From Leptonemataceae bacterium (GTDB lineage: Bacteria > Spirochaetota > Leptospiria > Leptospirales > Leptonemataceae), in NCBI GenBank assembly GCA_965227295.1, contig OZ245742.1, positions 608,001 to 672,000 on the forward strand: a DNA stretch of 64,000 bases, given 5' to 3'. Position 1 is the first letter of the stretch, and every line of letters begins with the position of its first letter. Made by a program: the position numbers and the translations under genes. The notes under the pieces are model-generated. The model searched no databases, had not been told where the DNA came from, and was given only the letters and a program-made list of their open reading frames with translations. Positions 39,669-50,431 of the stretch are shown here, one piece after another.

Positions 39669-40304
39669 ATGGTACTTGTGAAAGCACTCGAAAGAAACAA
39701 GCCGACTCTCGAAAGATTATTCAGTGAAATCATTCTACCTGTCATCTTGCTTATGGACTTCGCAATCGTCCTGTACCTGGTATACCTACTACAGGCGAAT
39801 ACACAGAATGTGGATTACAGAGTGCCGCTACTAACCGGAATTGTAGTCGGACTCACAGTAGCGAGCGGTTTAATACAATTCGTCATCAATTCCGATGTTC
39901 AGCGGCGGCGCGCCGCGATTAGCGACTTGCCTGCAATCGCTACAAAACTTGTCAAACTCGGCCGAGAACTCGGAGAGACGGTGAAGGAGGAAGACTACAT
40001 TCGAAAGTGCTTTAATAACCTTGAAGCAATTCCCGCGGATAAACTTGAAAAATGGAACAAGAAGTTCGGTCGCAAACCCGATCGTCTTATGCTGGATATG
40101 ATTAACGATTTGGAGCTTGTTTCGATCGGCATACTCAGCAATGTATACGATGAAACAATTGCCCTCCACTATATGAAGGGCGTCCTGACGCGGTTTCGCG
40201 CCTTGTTTGCGGTTTTCATTACGAACCGACAGGCCGAACAAACGACCTTCGCTGAAAACTTTCTTACATTAGCCCGTCGATGGCTGGGAGCAGCATCGAC
40301 TTAG
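39669..40304 (+). CDS. DUF4760-like membrane protein
   Basis: Two N-terminal TM segments; INDLELVSIGILSNVYDE matches the N..E.V..GI....DE pattern; AT-rich. Confidence 0.6.
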   Translation: MVLVKALERNKPTLERLFSEIILPVILLMDFAIVLYLVYLLQANTQNVDYRVPLLTGIVVGLTVASGLIQFVINSDVQRRRAAISDLPAIATKLVKLGRELGETVKEEDYIRKCFNNLEAIPADKLEKWNKKFGRKPDRLMLDMINDLELVSIGILSNVYDETIALHYMKGVLTRFRALFAVFITNRQAEQTTFAENFLTLARRWLGAAST

Positions 40305-40539
40305 AGATCAATGATAATATCTTGCATATTGTGCTCCAGAATAGCCGGGAATCAGAGAATTACAAGGCATAATTCCATACTCTGTTCCTGATCATCCTCA
40401 ATATCGACCGAATTTCGGGAAAAAGTGTCCTTGTCCACAGTTTTTTCGAGTTATGTCTCATTCCGGCGCTTGATTCTTCCATCGGAGCACTCTCGAAAAT
40501 GCTGGAACCCTCCGAACATTTACCCGATACTTTCACTAT

Positions 40540-40953
40540 ATGGACTCCTCCACACGAGCGGAACTGATTCGCCAGGGCAACCGGGCTTTCAACGACGGCG
40601 ACTATCGCAAGGCACGCGAGTTGTTCACCGCGGCCAACTACAAGGACGGCCTGGTCCGCATCGGGGACTATTACATGTACGACCGGCGCCTCCCGCTGCT
40701 CGCCTACGGTTATTACAAAAAAGCCGGGGACCAGAAGAAGATCGCCGATCTGCATCGCCGCATGATCGGCGCGCTGGGGGAATGGATCGGCCACGATAAA
40801 ATCCGCGACGAATCCAAAGCGCAGCTCGGCATGGGGCAGCAGTCCTACGATCTGGCGGAATTTTCGGAACCTGACGCCGACGGCATGATCCGCGTCCCCG
40901 TCGCCAACGAACTGCGCGAAGCCGCCCTGGCCATCCTCAAGCGCGGCGGCTGA
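40540..40953 (+). CDS. Hypothetical TPR-like protein
   Basis: LIRQGNRAFNDGDYRKARELF...YKDGLVRIGDYY helical repeat. Confidence 0.75.
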   Translation: MDSSTRAELIRQGNRAFNDGDYRKARELFTAANYKDGLVRIGDYYMYDRRLPLLAYGYYKKAGDQKKIADLHRRMIGALGEWIGHDKIRDESKAQLGMGQQSYDLAEFSEPDADGMIRVPVANELREAALAILKRGG

Positions 40954-41001
40954 ACCGCAAGATGCAAGATCGGCGGATCGGCGCTACACCAGGCCGGCGG
41001 C

Positions 41002-42039
41002 TCAGCCCGAACCGATGCGCGGCGAAACGCCTTCGGGCAGCGGGGCCCCTTTTTTCTTGATTACGTGGTAGCGTCCGTCCTTACGCATCACGTGGTGGCC
41101 TAACTTCAGATACTCGTAAATTAGCCGAAAGCGCCGATTGCACATGGACTCATCGTCGCCGGAGAGGAAATAGTCCTCGACTTCACGAAAGACCTTTCGC
41201 AAACCGTCGACCTGGTAAATGTTCTGCAGACCGACGCCCTTGAGTCGCTGCTCGCCGACGAAACGACAGTCGAAGAAATCCCGCACTTTCTGATAGACCG
41301 CTTCCGATACGGTGATCTGCCCTTCGGGGGCCACGGTTTCAATCCGCGAAGCCACGTTTACCGCATGGCCCCAGATATCGAAGGCGATCTTGGAATGGCC
41401 GACCACCCCGGCGACCAGGGGGCCGGAGTGCACGGCCACGCGCATGCCCCAGGCCGTCTCGCCTTTGCCTTCTCGCTGCATCTGCCGCCGATACGTGAAG
41501 CGCATCATCTCCATGGCCGCGAGGATGGTATCGAGGTGTACCGTGCGGGCAGTATGCCGGGACGCGCCGCGCACGCCGCCGACGCAGAGCAACGAATCGC
41601 CGATGGTCTTTACTTTCTCAAGACCGTAGCGTTCGAGGATCTGCTCGAACGCGTCGAAGTAGATCGTCAGCTCCCGCAAGAGTTCCCGGGGCGACATGTA
41701 ACGCGAGAGACGAGAGAAACCGACGAAGTCCGTAAACAAAATGAACGCGTTCTCGTGATGCGCGGGCGTCACCTTGCCGTGGGCCTTGAGTTCTTTGATC
41801 ATGTACGACGGCAGGATGTTATGTAACAGGACGTCCGCCTTGCGTTTTTCGGCGGCGAGCTGGTTGCGATCGGTGTCGGCCAGGTGGCGGAGCAGCTCGC
41901 GCAGCATGCGTTCTTTGTTGTGATGCCGGGAAATGCGACTCAGGGCGCGATAGTAGTCCTCTTCTTTGCGGATCTCCAGCGCTTCTTTTTCTTCCGGAGA
42001 GCGCGGCTCCACGGCTAACTTTTGCAGACGGATGTTCAT
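41002..42039 (-). CDS. Class III adenylate cyclase, soluble
   Basis: LLHNILP coiled-coil linker; FTDFVGFS, EKVKTIGD (Lys), FDIWGHAVNVASR (Asp, Asn, Arg): the ATP-specific residue set. Confidence 0.92.
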   Translation of the reverse strand: MNIRLQKLAVEPRSPEEKEALEIRKEEDYYRALSRISRHHNKERMLRELLRHLADTDRNQLAAEKRKADVLLHNILPSYMIKELKAHGKVTPAHHENAFILFTDFVGFSRLSRYMSPRELLRELTIYFDAFEQILERYGLEKVKTIGDSLLCVGGVRGASRHTARTVHLDTILAAMEMMRFTYRRQMQREGKGETAWGMRVAVHSGPLVAGVVGHSKIAFDIWGHAVNVASRIETVAPEGQITVSEAVYQKVRDFFDCRFVGEQRLKGVGLQNIYQVDGLRKVFREVEDYFLSGDDESMCNRRFRLIYEYLKLGHHVMRKDGRYHVIKKKGAPLPEGVSPRIGSG

Positions 42040-42061
42040 ATATTGATCGGCGACGCGGAGC

Positions 42062-42868
42062 TCAGTGGATCTTCATGGCTTCGGCGTCAATGAGGTCCAT
42101 GCCGCAGGGCAGATCCCAGAGGTCCTTCATAATATCGGGAAACTGATTGCCGGGGATGAGCTGGCCGTGCTGCGGGCAAATGCGTTCGGCACCGACGCGC
42201 TCGATCAAGCGCAGCGCATACCGGAGCACACGATTGGAAGGCATGATCAGTTGCATGAACTGCTTCATGTTCTGCATAGCTGCTTCCGTATGATACAGTT
42301 CCCAGTCCGCGCCGAGACCGCCGAGGATATCGCTGGTAAAGAGCGTATTCGTCGTTTTATCCAGGGTCATCATGGCCCCGAAGGAATGCGCGTACGGCGT
42401 CCAGATAAACTCCAGTTCCCGACCGCCCCGGGTGACGTGGCGCACCGAGGTTTCGTGCGGAATGCGCACGAGGTTGCCCTTAATGCCGTAGTGATGAATG
42501 AGATACGAGGTCCCCTGCATGGAAATGATGTCGTGATCGATGTTCTCTTTTAGATCTTCGAAGATCGGTACCGCGGCGCAGAGGTCCGGGTCCTGATGTT
42601 GCAGGATGAACGTGCTCAAAGACTCCGCCGGAACGATGGAAAAGACCTTTCGGGCCACTACCGGAAAGTCCGGCACGGAACCGGCGTCGATGAGAATGCT
42701 CTCGTCGCCGTTCTTAATGAGATAGGGATTGCAGTGAAGCTGCTCGTGCTCGTCGTAAAAACCGACCCAGAAAATATCCGGGGCGATTTCTACGGAGTAG
42801 CGGGTGTCGACCTCAAGCTGGAGGTCCTGGCTGTTCGAATCGCCGCTGATGTGCGTTGCCGATGACAA
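42062..42868 (-). CDS. MBL-fold di-iron protein, ODP (oxygen-binding di-iron protein)-like
   Basis: WVG...CNPYLI, HQDPDLC, PYAHSFG, LFTSDILG, CPQHG; no flavodoxin domain. Confidence 0.8.
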   Translation of the reverse strand: MSSATHISGDSNSQDLQLEVDTRYSVEIAPDIFWVGFYDEHEQLHCNPYLIKNGDESILIDAGSVPDFPVVARKVFSIVPAESLSTFILQHQDPDLCAAVPIFEDLKENIDHDIISMQGTSYLIHHYGIKGNLVRIPHETSVRHVTRGGRELEFIWTPYAHSFGAMMTLDKTTNTLFTSDILGGLGADWELYHTEAAMQNMKQFMQLIMPSNRVLRYALRLIERVGAERICPQHGQLIPGNQFPDIMKDLWDLPCGMDLIDAEAMKIH

Positions 42869-42961
42869 TTATCAAGCCTCTATACCAACGTACGACAGGA
42901 GCGTCGAGCGTCCATAATTAAATTACGGACCAGGCCAGCCCTAACTGTTCCCCGCCGAGTA

Positions 42962-44197
42962 TTAGCCGCGGTTTTTGAGAATCTCATGCCCCATCTTATC
43001 CCGCTTGGTTTCTAAGTAGCGGGCGTTGTGGGGGTTCGCTTCGACTTCCAGAGCGACCTTCTCGACGATCTCCAGGCCGTAACCCATGATCGCCGCACGT
43101 TTAGCGGGGTTGTTGGAAATGAGACGCATTTTCGTTATGCCCAGGGCACGTAAGATTTGCGCGCCGACGCCGTAGTCGCGTTCGTCCATCTTGAAGCCGA
43201 GCTTCAGATTCGCTTCTACGGTATCCAGGCCGTCTTCCTGGAGTTTGTAGGCTTTGAGCTTGTTCACCAGGCCGATGCCGCGGCCTTCCTGTTGCATGTA
43301 AAGCACCACGCCCTTGCCGGCGCGATCCACCATCTCCATGGCACGATGCAACTGCCCGCCGCAATCACACCGACAGGAGCCGAAGATGTCCCCGGTCACA
43401 CAGGACGAGTGCACGCGCACGAGCACCGGTTCATCGTCCGCCCACTCGCCTTTCCTCAGTGCCAGGTGCATTTCACCGGAATCCTTTTGCCGAAAGGCGT
43501 GCATCTGAAAATCGCCCCAGTCCGTGGGCATCTGCACGTCGATGACTTCTTCGATCAACGTGTCGTGGCGCAAACGATATTCAATGAGATCTTTGATCGT
43601 GATGAGCTTGAGATCGAAACGCTGCGCGATCTTCGCCAGGTCCGGCAGGCGTGCCATCGACCCGTCCTCGTTCATGATTTCGACGATGACGCCGGCCGGT
43701 TGAAAGCCTGCGAGACGCGCCAGGTCCACCGTGGCTTCGGTGTGCCCGGTGCGCCGAAGCACACCGCCTTCGCGCGCGCGCAACGGAAAGATATGCCCCG
43801 GCTTGCCCAGGTCCTCGGGCCTCGTCGCGGGATCGATGAGCGCGCGCACGGTCTTCGCGCGATCGTGCGCGGAGATTCCCGTCGTGCAACCGTGACCGAG
43901 CAAATCCACGGAAATCGTGAACGGCGTCTCGTAGACCGCCGTATTCGATTGGTTCGTCACCATCATTTGCAACTGTAGTTCGTCGCAACGCTCCTGGGTC
44001 AGCGGCGCGCAAATCAAACCGCGTCCGTGCGTCGCCATGAAGTTGATCGTCTCCGGTGTCACCGTTTCGGCGATGGCCATGAAATCGCCCTCATTCTCGC
44101 GGTCCTCGTCATCCACGACGATGACGAGCTTCCCCTGGCGCAGATCATCAAGGGCTTCCTCAATGGTGTTCAGTTGGATGGGTTCTTGATCGGACAT
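42962..44197 (-). CDS. ribBA: Bifunctional DHBP synthase / GTP cyclohydrolase II
   Basis: [45 protein letters not shown]. Confidence 0.97.
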   Translation of the reverse strand: MSDQEPIQLNTIEEALDDLRQGKLVIVVDDEDRENEGDFMAIAETVTPETINFMATHGRGLICAPLTQERCDELQLQMMVTNQSNTAVYETPFTISVDLLGHGCTTGISAHDRAKTVRALIDPATRPEDLGKPGHIFPLRAREGGVLRRTGHTEATVDLARLAGFQPAGVIVEIMNEDGSMARLPDLAKIAQRFDLKLITIKDLIEYRLRHDTLIEEVIDVQMPTDWGDFQMHAFRQKDSGEMHLALRKGEWADDEPVLVRVHSSCVTGDIFGSCRCDCGGQLHRAMEMVDRAGKGVVLYMQQEGRGIGLVNKLKAYKLQEDGLDTVEANLKLGFKMDERDYGVGAQILRALGITKMRLISNNPAKRAAIMGYGLEIVEKVALEVEANPHNARYLETKRDKMGHEILKNRG

Positions 44198-44334
44198 AAT
44201 CTTACTACTCGCGATAGCCATGACGCCGGCCGCAATCCCGACGGTGACGGGGAGACAGCATCCCGGGCGCTCAATTTACAAGTAAATAAGAATTTCCTTA
44301 CCGGGCGGTCAGAAATTCAAGGGAACGGCGCGCC

Positions 44335-45474
44335 TCACACCGCCGCAGCCGCGAGTTCCCGGCTCACCGCCACCAGGCGTTCCATCTGCTCGCGGGTACC
44401 GATGGTAATGCGCACGAATTCGCCGATACGGCCGCCGCCGAAATAACGCACGAGAATCTTACGCTCTTTCAGTAACTCGAAGAACGCCTGGGCCCCGTTC
44501 ACCGGTGCCTCCCCGGCCGGTAACTTCGTCTCCGCAAAAGCTACCGGCGGTTTCGTAAAAATAAAATTCGCCGACGGGGGCACCGTTTCGAAACCCAGCG
44601 CCTTCAGTTCGGTAACGAGGTAATCACGATTCGCGCACACCGTTTCAATGCGACGACGCAGTTCGTCCTGGTCCTCCCAGGCCGCCAGGGCCGCGACCTG
44701 TGCCAGGCGGCTGACGTTGTACGAATCCCGGACCTTGTCGAACTCGGCGATCAAGTCGGGCGCGGCGATCAGCCAACCGATGCGCTGGCCGGCCAGGCTG
44801 TAAGTCTTCGAAAAGGTACCGCAACAGAGCAAACGCGGGTACTCCGATGTGCCGGCGAACTCCGCGACACGGTGCGCGCCGAAGTCGGCGAAGTCCGCAT
44901 AGGCCTCGTCCGAAAGCGTGAGCGCCGGATTGGCCTGAGCGTACGCGAGCACGTCTTCGCGCGCCTCCACGCGACCTGTGGGGGCATTCGGATTGGCGAA
45001 GACGCTAATCTTTGATGAAGTAAAATTAACGGCCTCTCGCATTCCGTCCCAGGAAATGGACCAGTCCGCGTTCACGTCGACTTCGGCCAGGGTCGCCCCG
45101 ATCATGTCCACCAGGGTCGGGTACAGACTGTACGTCGGTCGCGGAATGACCATGAGATCCCCCGGAGCCAGCACGGAACGAAACAGAATCGACAGCACGT
45201 CGTCCGAGCCGTTGCCGATGAGTACACATTCGGGGCCGCGGCCGAACCTGGCGGCGACGGCCGCACGCAGTTCCGCGGACCGCGGTTCCGGATACAAATG
45301 CAAACGATCGTCGCGCAGCGCTGCTTCCAGGGCGGCACGAACGGCGGGCGAAACCGGAAAGGGGTTTTCGTTCGTGTTGAGTTTGATGATTTCCGGGTCG
45401 TTCAGTTGCAGGCCGGGCACGTAACCGTGCATGGAACGAATGCGCGGAAGAATGAACTCCAGCGGGTCTTTCAT
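44335..45474 (-). CDS. hisC: Histidinol-phosphate aminotransferase
   Basis: KLNTNENP, GNGSDD, NPNAPTG, DEAY, TFSKTYSLAGQRIG. Confidence 0.92.
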   Translation of the reverse strand: MKDPLEFILPRIRSMHGYVPGLQLNDPEIIKLNTNENPFPVSPAVRAALEAALRDDRLHLYPEPRSAELRAAVAARFGRGPECVLIGNGSDDVLSILFRSVLAPGDLMVIPRPTYSLYPTLVDMIGATLAEVDVNADWSISWDGMREAVNFTSSKISVFANPNAPTGRVEAREDVLAYAQANPALTLSDEAYADFADFGAHRVAEFAGTSEYPRLLCCGTFSKTYSLAGQRIGWLIAAPDLIAEFDKVRDSYNVSRLAQVAALAAWEDQDELRRRIETVCANRDYLVTELKALGFETVPPSANFIFTKPPVAFAETKLPAGEAPVNGAQAFFELLKERKILVRYFGGGRIGEFVRITIGTREQMERLVAVSRELAAAAV

Positions 45475-45476
45475 GA

Positions 45477-46346
45477 TCAGCGCAACTCCGAAAGCATATC
45501 GGCGGCGTGTCGACGCGAGCGGGACTCCGGCAGATGCGCGGCCGCGTACTGTAAATCGGCGCGGGCCTCGTCGCCGCGGCCGGCGGCCTTCAACGAGACG
45601 CCCCGGTAGAAACGCGCGTAGGCGTAATCCGTGTCGCGCTGCTCATCGTATTTCTTCAGGAACTCGTCCCAGTACTTCAACGCCGCCGCGTAGTCCTTCA
45701 GGTCCATGGAAGCCACGGCGCTGTTGTAAAGCGCGTCCCGGCGCTTACCGCGCTCGACGTTGTTACCGGCGTTACCGCGATACGCGCGCAGGAAGTACCG
45801 TCGCGCCGAAGCCGCGTCCCCGCTCTCGTAATAATAAACGCCGGTTTCGAAGTTCAGCAGCACGCTTTCCGGATCGCCCTTGAGTTTATCCAGGAGTTCG
45901 TTCTCACGTTGGCTGCGCCGGTGAATGTCTCGCAATCGCCGGGCAAACACCCGCTTCGGCATGTAACCGTCAATGCGATCCACTTCCGTGCCGTTCGCAT
46001 CGAATACGATGATCGTAGGATAACCCCGCACGCGGTAACGCATCATGAGGTTGCGGTGCTGCTCCCCGTCCAGGCGCACGGGAACGAAGTCCCCCACAAG
46101 CTCCCGGACCTCCGTGCTCGGATAAACTTCCTTTTGCAGCTTTCGGCAGTACCCGCACCAGGGGGCGTAGATATCCAGCAACACCGGCTTGCCCGTACGT
46201 TTCGCTTCGTCGAAGGCGGCGTTCAAGTCGCTCCCCCAGGTAGTCGCCGAAAGACCTGCCGGGACCAGGAGCATTCCGAATAAAAAAGCAAACGCACAGA
46301 AGACTAATCCCCGGCGCGAAGAGTTTCTGTTCTCTCGCGTTAACAT
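45477..46346 (-). CDS. Exported thioredoxin-fold protein with C-terminal TPRs
   Basis: Signal peptide; WCGYC; GYPT cis-Pro loop; TPR helices. Confidence 0.85.
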   Translation of the reverse strand: MLTRENRNSSRRGLVFCAFAFLFGMLLVPAGLSATTWGSDLNAAFDEAKRTGKPVLLDIYAPWCGYCRKLQKEVYPSTEVRELVGDFVPVRLDGEQHRNLMMRYRVRGYPTIIVFDANGTEVDRIDGYMPKRVFARRLRDIHRRSQRENELLDKLKGDPESVLLNFETGVYYYESGDAASARRYFLRAYRGNAGNNVERGKRRDALYNSAVASMDLKDYAAALKYWDEFLKKYDEQRDTDYAYARFYRGVSLKAAGRGDEARADLQYAAAHLPESRSRRHAADMLSELR

Positions 46347-46368
46347 AACTTTCCCAAATATTACCGCA

Positions 46369-47295
46369 CTACGCCGCCAACTGCGTGGCCGCCGTGTTGT
46401 ACGCGGCAATGATCGCGCGCGTCTTTTCCTGCCCCTGGGGGTTCACGTCCGGATGATACTTCTTCAACAGCTCGCGATAGTGTTTCTTCAATTGTTCCGG
46501 CTCCGGCACGCGATCCGCCGGCAGCTCCAGCACCTGCAGCGCCTCCTTGAGCTCGTCGGGCATGAGCACGTACCGCAGACGCTCCTCTTCGGCGTCCTGC
46601 TCGTCGATCAAACCCAGGTCGACGGCCCGCCGACGGAGCATATCGCGCAACGCCGTTTTACTGAGATCTTCCCAGATGATGTTACGCTGACGGATCTGCT
46701 CGCGGGCGTAGGCGCCGAGGATGGAACGACTCGCGTGATGCGCTTCGACGCCGTAGTGTTCCAGGAAACGCTCCGCGGCGAAGGCGATGAACTCTTCCGG
46801 GTCGAAGCTCGCGTGCACGTAGAAATCCACGGCGTCGGAGAAGTAGCGGCAACCCGAGACGGCCGTTTCCAGCAGTTCCTCGTCGATCTCCCGGCTCTGC
46901 ATACGCGCGAGGCTCACCGAGTGAAAGAACTCCAACCAGTGCAGCAGATGATCTTCGTTGAAATAGTAACCGGCGCGGTGGAATTCGCGCGGGGCCTGGG
47001 CCACACCCTCGTTCATGAGAAACTCAACGAGTTCGCGGGTATTGTGCGGGCCGAAGCCATCGGCGAGTTGATCGGTCCAACCGCCGCGGTCCCGACGACT
47101 GTAAATGTAACGAAAGAACTCTTCGCGGCTCAGCCCGAGCAGGCCGAGTACGAACTCCAGCGGCAAATCCCAGGACTCGCCGATGCGGACGGATTCGATC
47201 TCATCCAACAGCTCTTGAATAAGAGCCGACGGATCTTCCTCCGTCACTCGCGTCGGCACTGCCGGCGGATTCGTCGTGTGTTCCCACGCCTGCAT
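46369..47295 (-). CDS. C-terminal J-domain (DnaJ-like) protein
   Basis: LQVLEL...[17 protein letters not shown]...IIAAY (HPD motif); start uncertain. Confidence 0.8.
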   Translation of the reverse strand: MQAWEHTTNPPAVPTRVTEEDPSALIQELLDEIESVRIGESWDLPLEFVLGLLGLSREEFFRYIYSRRDRGGWTDQLADGFGPHNTRELVEFLMNEGVAQAPREFHRAGYYFNEDHLLHWLEFFHSVSLARMQSREIDEELLETAVSGCRYFSDAVDFYVHASFDPEEFIAFAAERFLEHYGVEAHHASRSILGAYAREQIRQRNIIWEDLSKTALRDMLRRRAVDLGLIDEQDAEEERLRYVLMPDELKEALQVLELPADRVPEPEQLKKHYRELLKKYHPDVNPQGQEKTRAIIAAYNTAATQLAA

Positions 47296-49036
47296 CCGGC
47301 TGACAGTCTGAAGACTCGGGTTGACCCTGACCATTCTTTTTCGATGCCGATGCGCCGCCGGAAGTTTCCGAATTTTCCGGTGGAACATCCGCGCCGAAAA
47401 CACACGCCTCCATGGCAAGCAGCAACTCCTCCAGGTTCTCCCGGGCGAGCGCCGACACACAGAGACCATCCTTGCGTTGCTCCAACACCGCCCGATCTTC
47501 CACAGAAAGACAGTCACTCTTGTTGTACACGCGCAATTGCGGGATGCCCAGGAGTTCCATGCGGGCCAGAATCCCGTGCACCGCTTCGATCTTTTGGTCG
47601 CGCTGAGCCGGCGCGTCCGAAGCGTCGATGACATGCAGCAGGAGATCCGAATCGAACAGTTCCTCCAGGGTGGCCTCGAAGGCACGGCTCAGCTCCGGCG
47701 GCAGATCGTGAATGAAGCCCACGGTATCGGACAGGACGATTTCTTTTTCTTTCGGGAAACGCACCCGCCGGGTCGTGGGATCCAGCGTCGCAAACAAACG
47801 ATCTTCGGAAGTTACCTCGGAGTTTGTGAGCGCGTTTAATAACGTGGATTTTCCCGCGTTCGTGTAACCCACGATCGAAACGATGGGCACGCGATTCTCG
47901 TTGCGGCGGTTGCGATTCAGTTCCCGGCGTTGCTTGAGCGATGACAGTTCCTTTTCCAATCGCGAGATGCGATCGTTCACCCGGCGGCGGCCGATCTCCA
48001 GCTTCGTCTCACCGGGACCGCGCCCGCCGATGCCGCCGGTCAACCGGGACATGTTGTCGTCCTTCTCGGACAGGCGACCTTTTAAGTAACGCAACTGCGC
48101 GAGTTCCACCTGCAACTTACCGTCGCGGCTGCGGGCGTTGCGCGCGAAGATGTCGAGAATCAACTGCGTGCGATCGATGATCTTTAAGTCCGTAATGGCC
48201 GACAGGCGTTGCGCCTGAGCCGGGGACAACTCCAGGTCGAAGATCATCATCTCCGCGTTTTTCTGCACTGCCTGGATCGAAATCTCCCGCGCCTTACCGG
48301 AACCGACCAACGTTACCGGATCCAGCTTCGGCCGGCGCTGGGCGATGGCATCCACCGGCTGCACGCCCGCCGTGAGACACAGCTCTTTGAGTTCGGCCAG
48401 GCTGTCTTCCGGACTGCGCTTACGCCGCATCTCCGGAGTATAGACACCCACGAGCAGCGCCCGGGGCAAATCGCTGGCCCGGCGCAACCGATCTTCTTCG
48501 CGTTCGAAGAGTTCTTCGACGTGGCGCAGGGTGTCCGTAAAGTTCTCCGGTAGTTGTCCCGGTGCATACGGCTTCTCGACGTGATAGCCCGGGTCCTCGC
48601 CGGGCTGCAGGTACGCGTTGTGGAACTTCTCCGGCAAACCTTTGCGGTCCATGGTGATGGCCGTGACGTAGTCCAGCCGCAGAAGTGTGAGGTCGTAGAA
48701 GTCTTCCTGGCTCAGCGCCTCGCGCTTGAGGTGCGTTTTGATGAGGCGGAGCCCGCGCAGCCGGGCGGAGCGATTGCGTTCCAGTTCGGGGATAAAGATG
48801 CGCTGAGCGTCACCTACGGTAAGATAGCGCACATACCCCTGACGATCGACGAGCACGCCGAGCTGCCGATTCAGTTCAAAGGAGAGTTCACAAAGGGAGC
48901 GGGCAAAGTCCTGGGTGACGACGGCGTCGCCGCGGATGCGCCGCTCGGAGATCTTCTTCAGACGTTTGGTCTGATTACTTTTGAGGTCTTGAGTATTTCC
49001 AGTGATGCGGGCGATGGGCTGTTCTCCGTCGCGCAA
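47201..49036 (-). CDS. hflX: GTPase HflX (long N-terminal form)
   Basis: [49 protein letters not shown]. Confidence 0.96.
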   Translation of the reverse strand: MRDGEQPIARITGNTQDLKSNQTKRLKKISERRIRGDAVVTQDFARSLCELSFELNRQLGVLVDRQGYVRYLTVGDAQRIFIPELERNRSARLRGLRLIKTHLKREALSQEDFYDLTLLRLDYVTAITMDRKGLPEKFHNAYLQPGEDPGYHVEKPYAPGQLPENFTDTLRHVEELFEREEDRLRRASDLPRALLVGVYTPEMRRKRSPEDSLAELKELCLTAGVQPVDAIAQRRPKLDPVTLVGSGKAREISIQAVQKNAEMMIFDLELSPAQAQRLSAITDLKIIDRTQLILDIFARNARSRDGKLQVELAQLRYLKGRLSEKDDNMSRLTGGIGGRGPGETKLEIGRRRVNDRISRLEKELSSLKQRRELNRNRRNENRVPIVSIVGYTNAGKSTLLNALTNSEVTSEDRLFATLDPTTRRVRFPKEKEIVLSDTVGFIHDLPPELSRAFEATLEELFDSDLLLHVIDASDAPAQRDQKIEAVHGILARMELLGIPQLRVYNKSDCLSVEDRAVLEQRKDGLCVSALARENLEELLLAMEACVFGADVPPENSETSGGASASKKNGQGQPESSDCQPDAGVGTHDESAGSADASDGGRSVGSYSRAVG

Positions 49037-49107
49037 GAGCGACTCTGAATACTAATAATAGACGGAGTACGCCGCACCGTTCAAGAATTTTCCGCGCCGG
49101 GCGTGTT

Positions 49108-50370
49108 TTATTTTTCGTAACGGGCCAGGATGCAAATAGCCCGGGCCAGTTCGACGTACTTCAGCCGTGCAAGGTCTTCCACCGTCTTAATGCCGAAGGC
49201 TTCTTCCAGCATTTTAGCGTGGCGGGCCGTCAGGCCGTCCAGGGCGTCAATGGGCGCCTGACTCAATTCCCCGAGAGTATTCTCTTCGTACTCCCGGGTC
49301 ACGGCGCCGCGAATCGAAATCGGTGTGACTTTCTTTTTACTGGTTTTCTTTTTCGAACCCATGGCGTAGTTGCTCCTTGCCTTTCGAATAAACTCCCGTA
49401 CGTCGCCCGTACGCCCGTTGCCGCTGACTACCGGCTGCGGCTCCGCACGGACCGCGGTCAGCACGGCCTCGTCCTCATCATCTTCCCCGGCGAGGACCGC
49501 CGCGGCAGACCCGGCTTCGGCCCGGCGCAGCGGGGAAACCTCACCGCCCGTCAGGATCTCAAGGGCCCCGGCTTCCTCATCGTCCAACTGGTGGTCTTCA
49601 CGCCGCGTGTGGCCGCGGAAAAACGCCAGCCATTGATCCGGATAGAGACCAAAGAACAGCATGAGAATGAGCAAGAGAACCGTGAGGGGAATAAAGATCG
49701 CTTCCGTGCTGAATCCGTCGGCGCTTCCCTCCGGATCGCCCGGGGCGGCCTCGGGATTCGATTGCGCCGGTTTGTCGGAGTCGTCCGGACTGTCCGGCGC
49801 GGCGGACAGAGTTGCCCGCGTCGCCGCGTTGATTTTTGCGGCCTTCGCATCGGCCGCGCGGGCTGCCGCACGCCAGGCATGTTCCTCGTCGAAGTAGACC
49901 AGTTCCGCCCGGCGATGTTTTACGCGGGGCTCCCCGGCAAAGACCACGGGCGTTGCCGTCAGCACGCGCCGCGTTTGCAGCCCCAGGCCGGCGAGACTCG
50001 CCTGGACTTCCGTGCCGCGATTCATAGCGACGATGTACGAGGCATCGAAGCCGCCGGTGTCGCAGGCGAAACCCTGCACGAGAAAATAACCGTTCGGCCG
50101 GGCCGAAAAAAACGCGCGCAGTTGTTCGGCCCGGCCCGCGTCGATGTCCGTCGCCTGAAGCGGAAAGTACAAAATGAGCCGGGAATCCGGAGCCTGGGCG
50201 GCCAGGTCGCTCAGCACGGGAAACCAGCCGGGCACGGCAAAAACGGCAGCGAATACGACGATCCGGAGGCGGCGATGGTTGAGTATCTTGAACCGGGACG
50301 CGGGCATAGAAAGCGCAAGCGCGAGACCTGCCCGCGCATATAAATTTTCGGTCTGATCGGCCGGTTGCAC
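49108..50370 (-). CDS. OmpA-like domain / TM / cytoplasmic small HhH-like domain fusion protein
   Basis: YF.....I....QGFACDTG....NRG..V...L...HRRAEL (OmpA-like); one TM; C-terminal YE..TL.EL..API.ALDGL....A.ML.EAFGIKTVEDLA.LKYV module. Start uncertain. Confidence 0.65.
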   Translation of the reverse strand: MQPADQTENLYARAGLALALSMPASRFKILNHRRLRIVVFAAVFAVPGWFPVLSDLAAQAPDSRLILYFPLQATDIDAGRAEQLRAFFSARPNGYFLVQGFACDTGGFDASYIVAMNRGTEVQASLAGLGLQTRRVLTATPVVFAGEPRVKHRRAELVYFDEEHAWRAAARAADAKAAKINAATRATLSAAPDSPDDSDKPAQSNPEAAPGDPEGSADGFSTEAIFIPLTVLLLILMLFFGLYPDQWLAFFRGHTRREDHQLDDEEAGALEILTGGEVSPLRRAEAGSAAAVLAGEDDEDEAVLTAVRAEPQPVVSGNGRTGDVREFIRKARSNYAMGSKKKTSKKKVTPISIRGAVTREYEENTLGELSQAPIDALDGLTARHAKMLEEAFGIKTVEDLARLKYVELARAICILARYEK

Positions 50371-50431
50371 CGATATTTTCTAGTAATATCGCCCCGCCAC
50401 CGCGGCACGAGACAGAAACGGAACACACGAG

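Noticed and set aside
40431-40439. DnaA-box-like TTGTCCACA in an AT-rich spacer
   Set aside because: Single box with no dnaA/dnaN context; expected by chance.
46189-47631. 480-aa plus-strand ORF
   Set aside because: Antisense to the J-domain gene and hflX; no recognisable domain.
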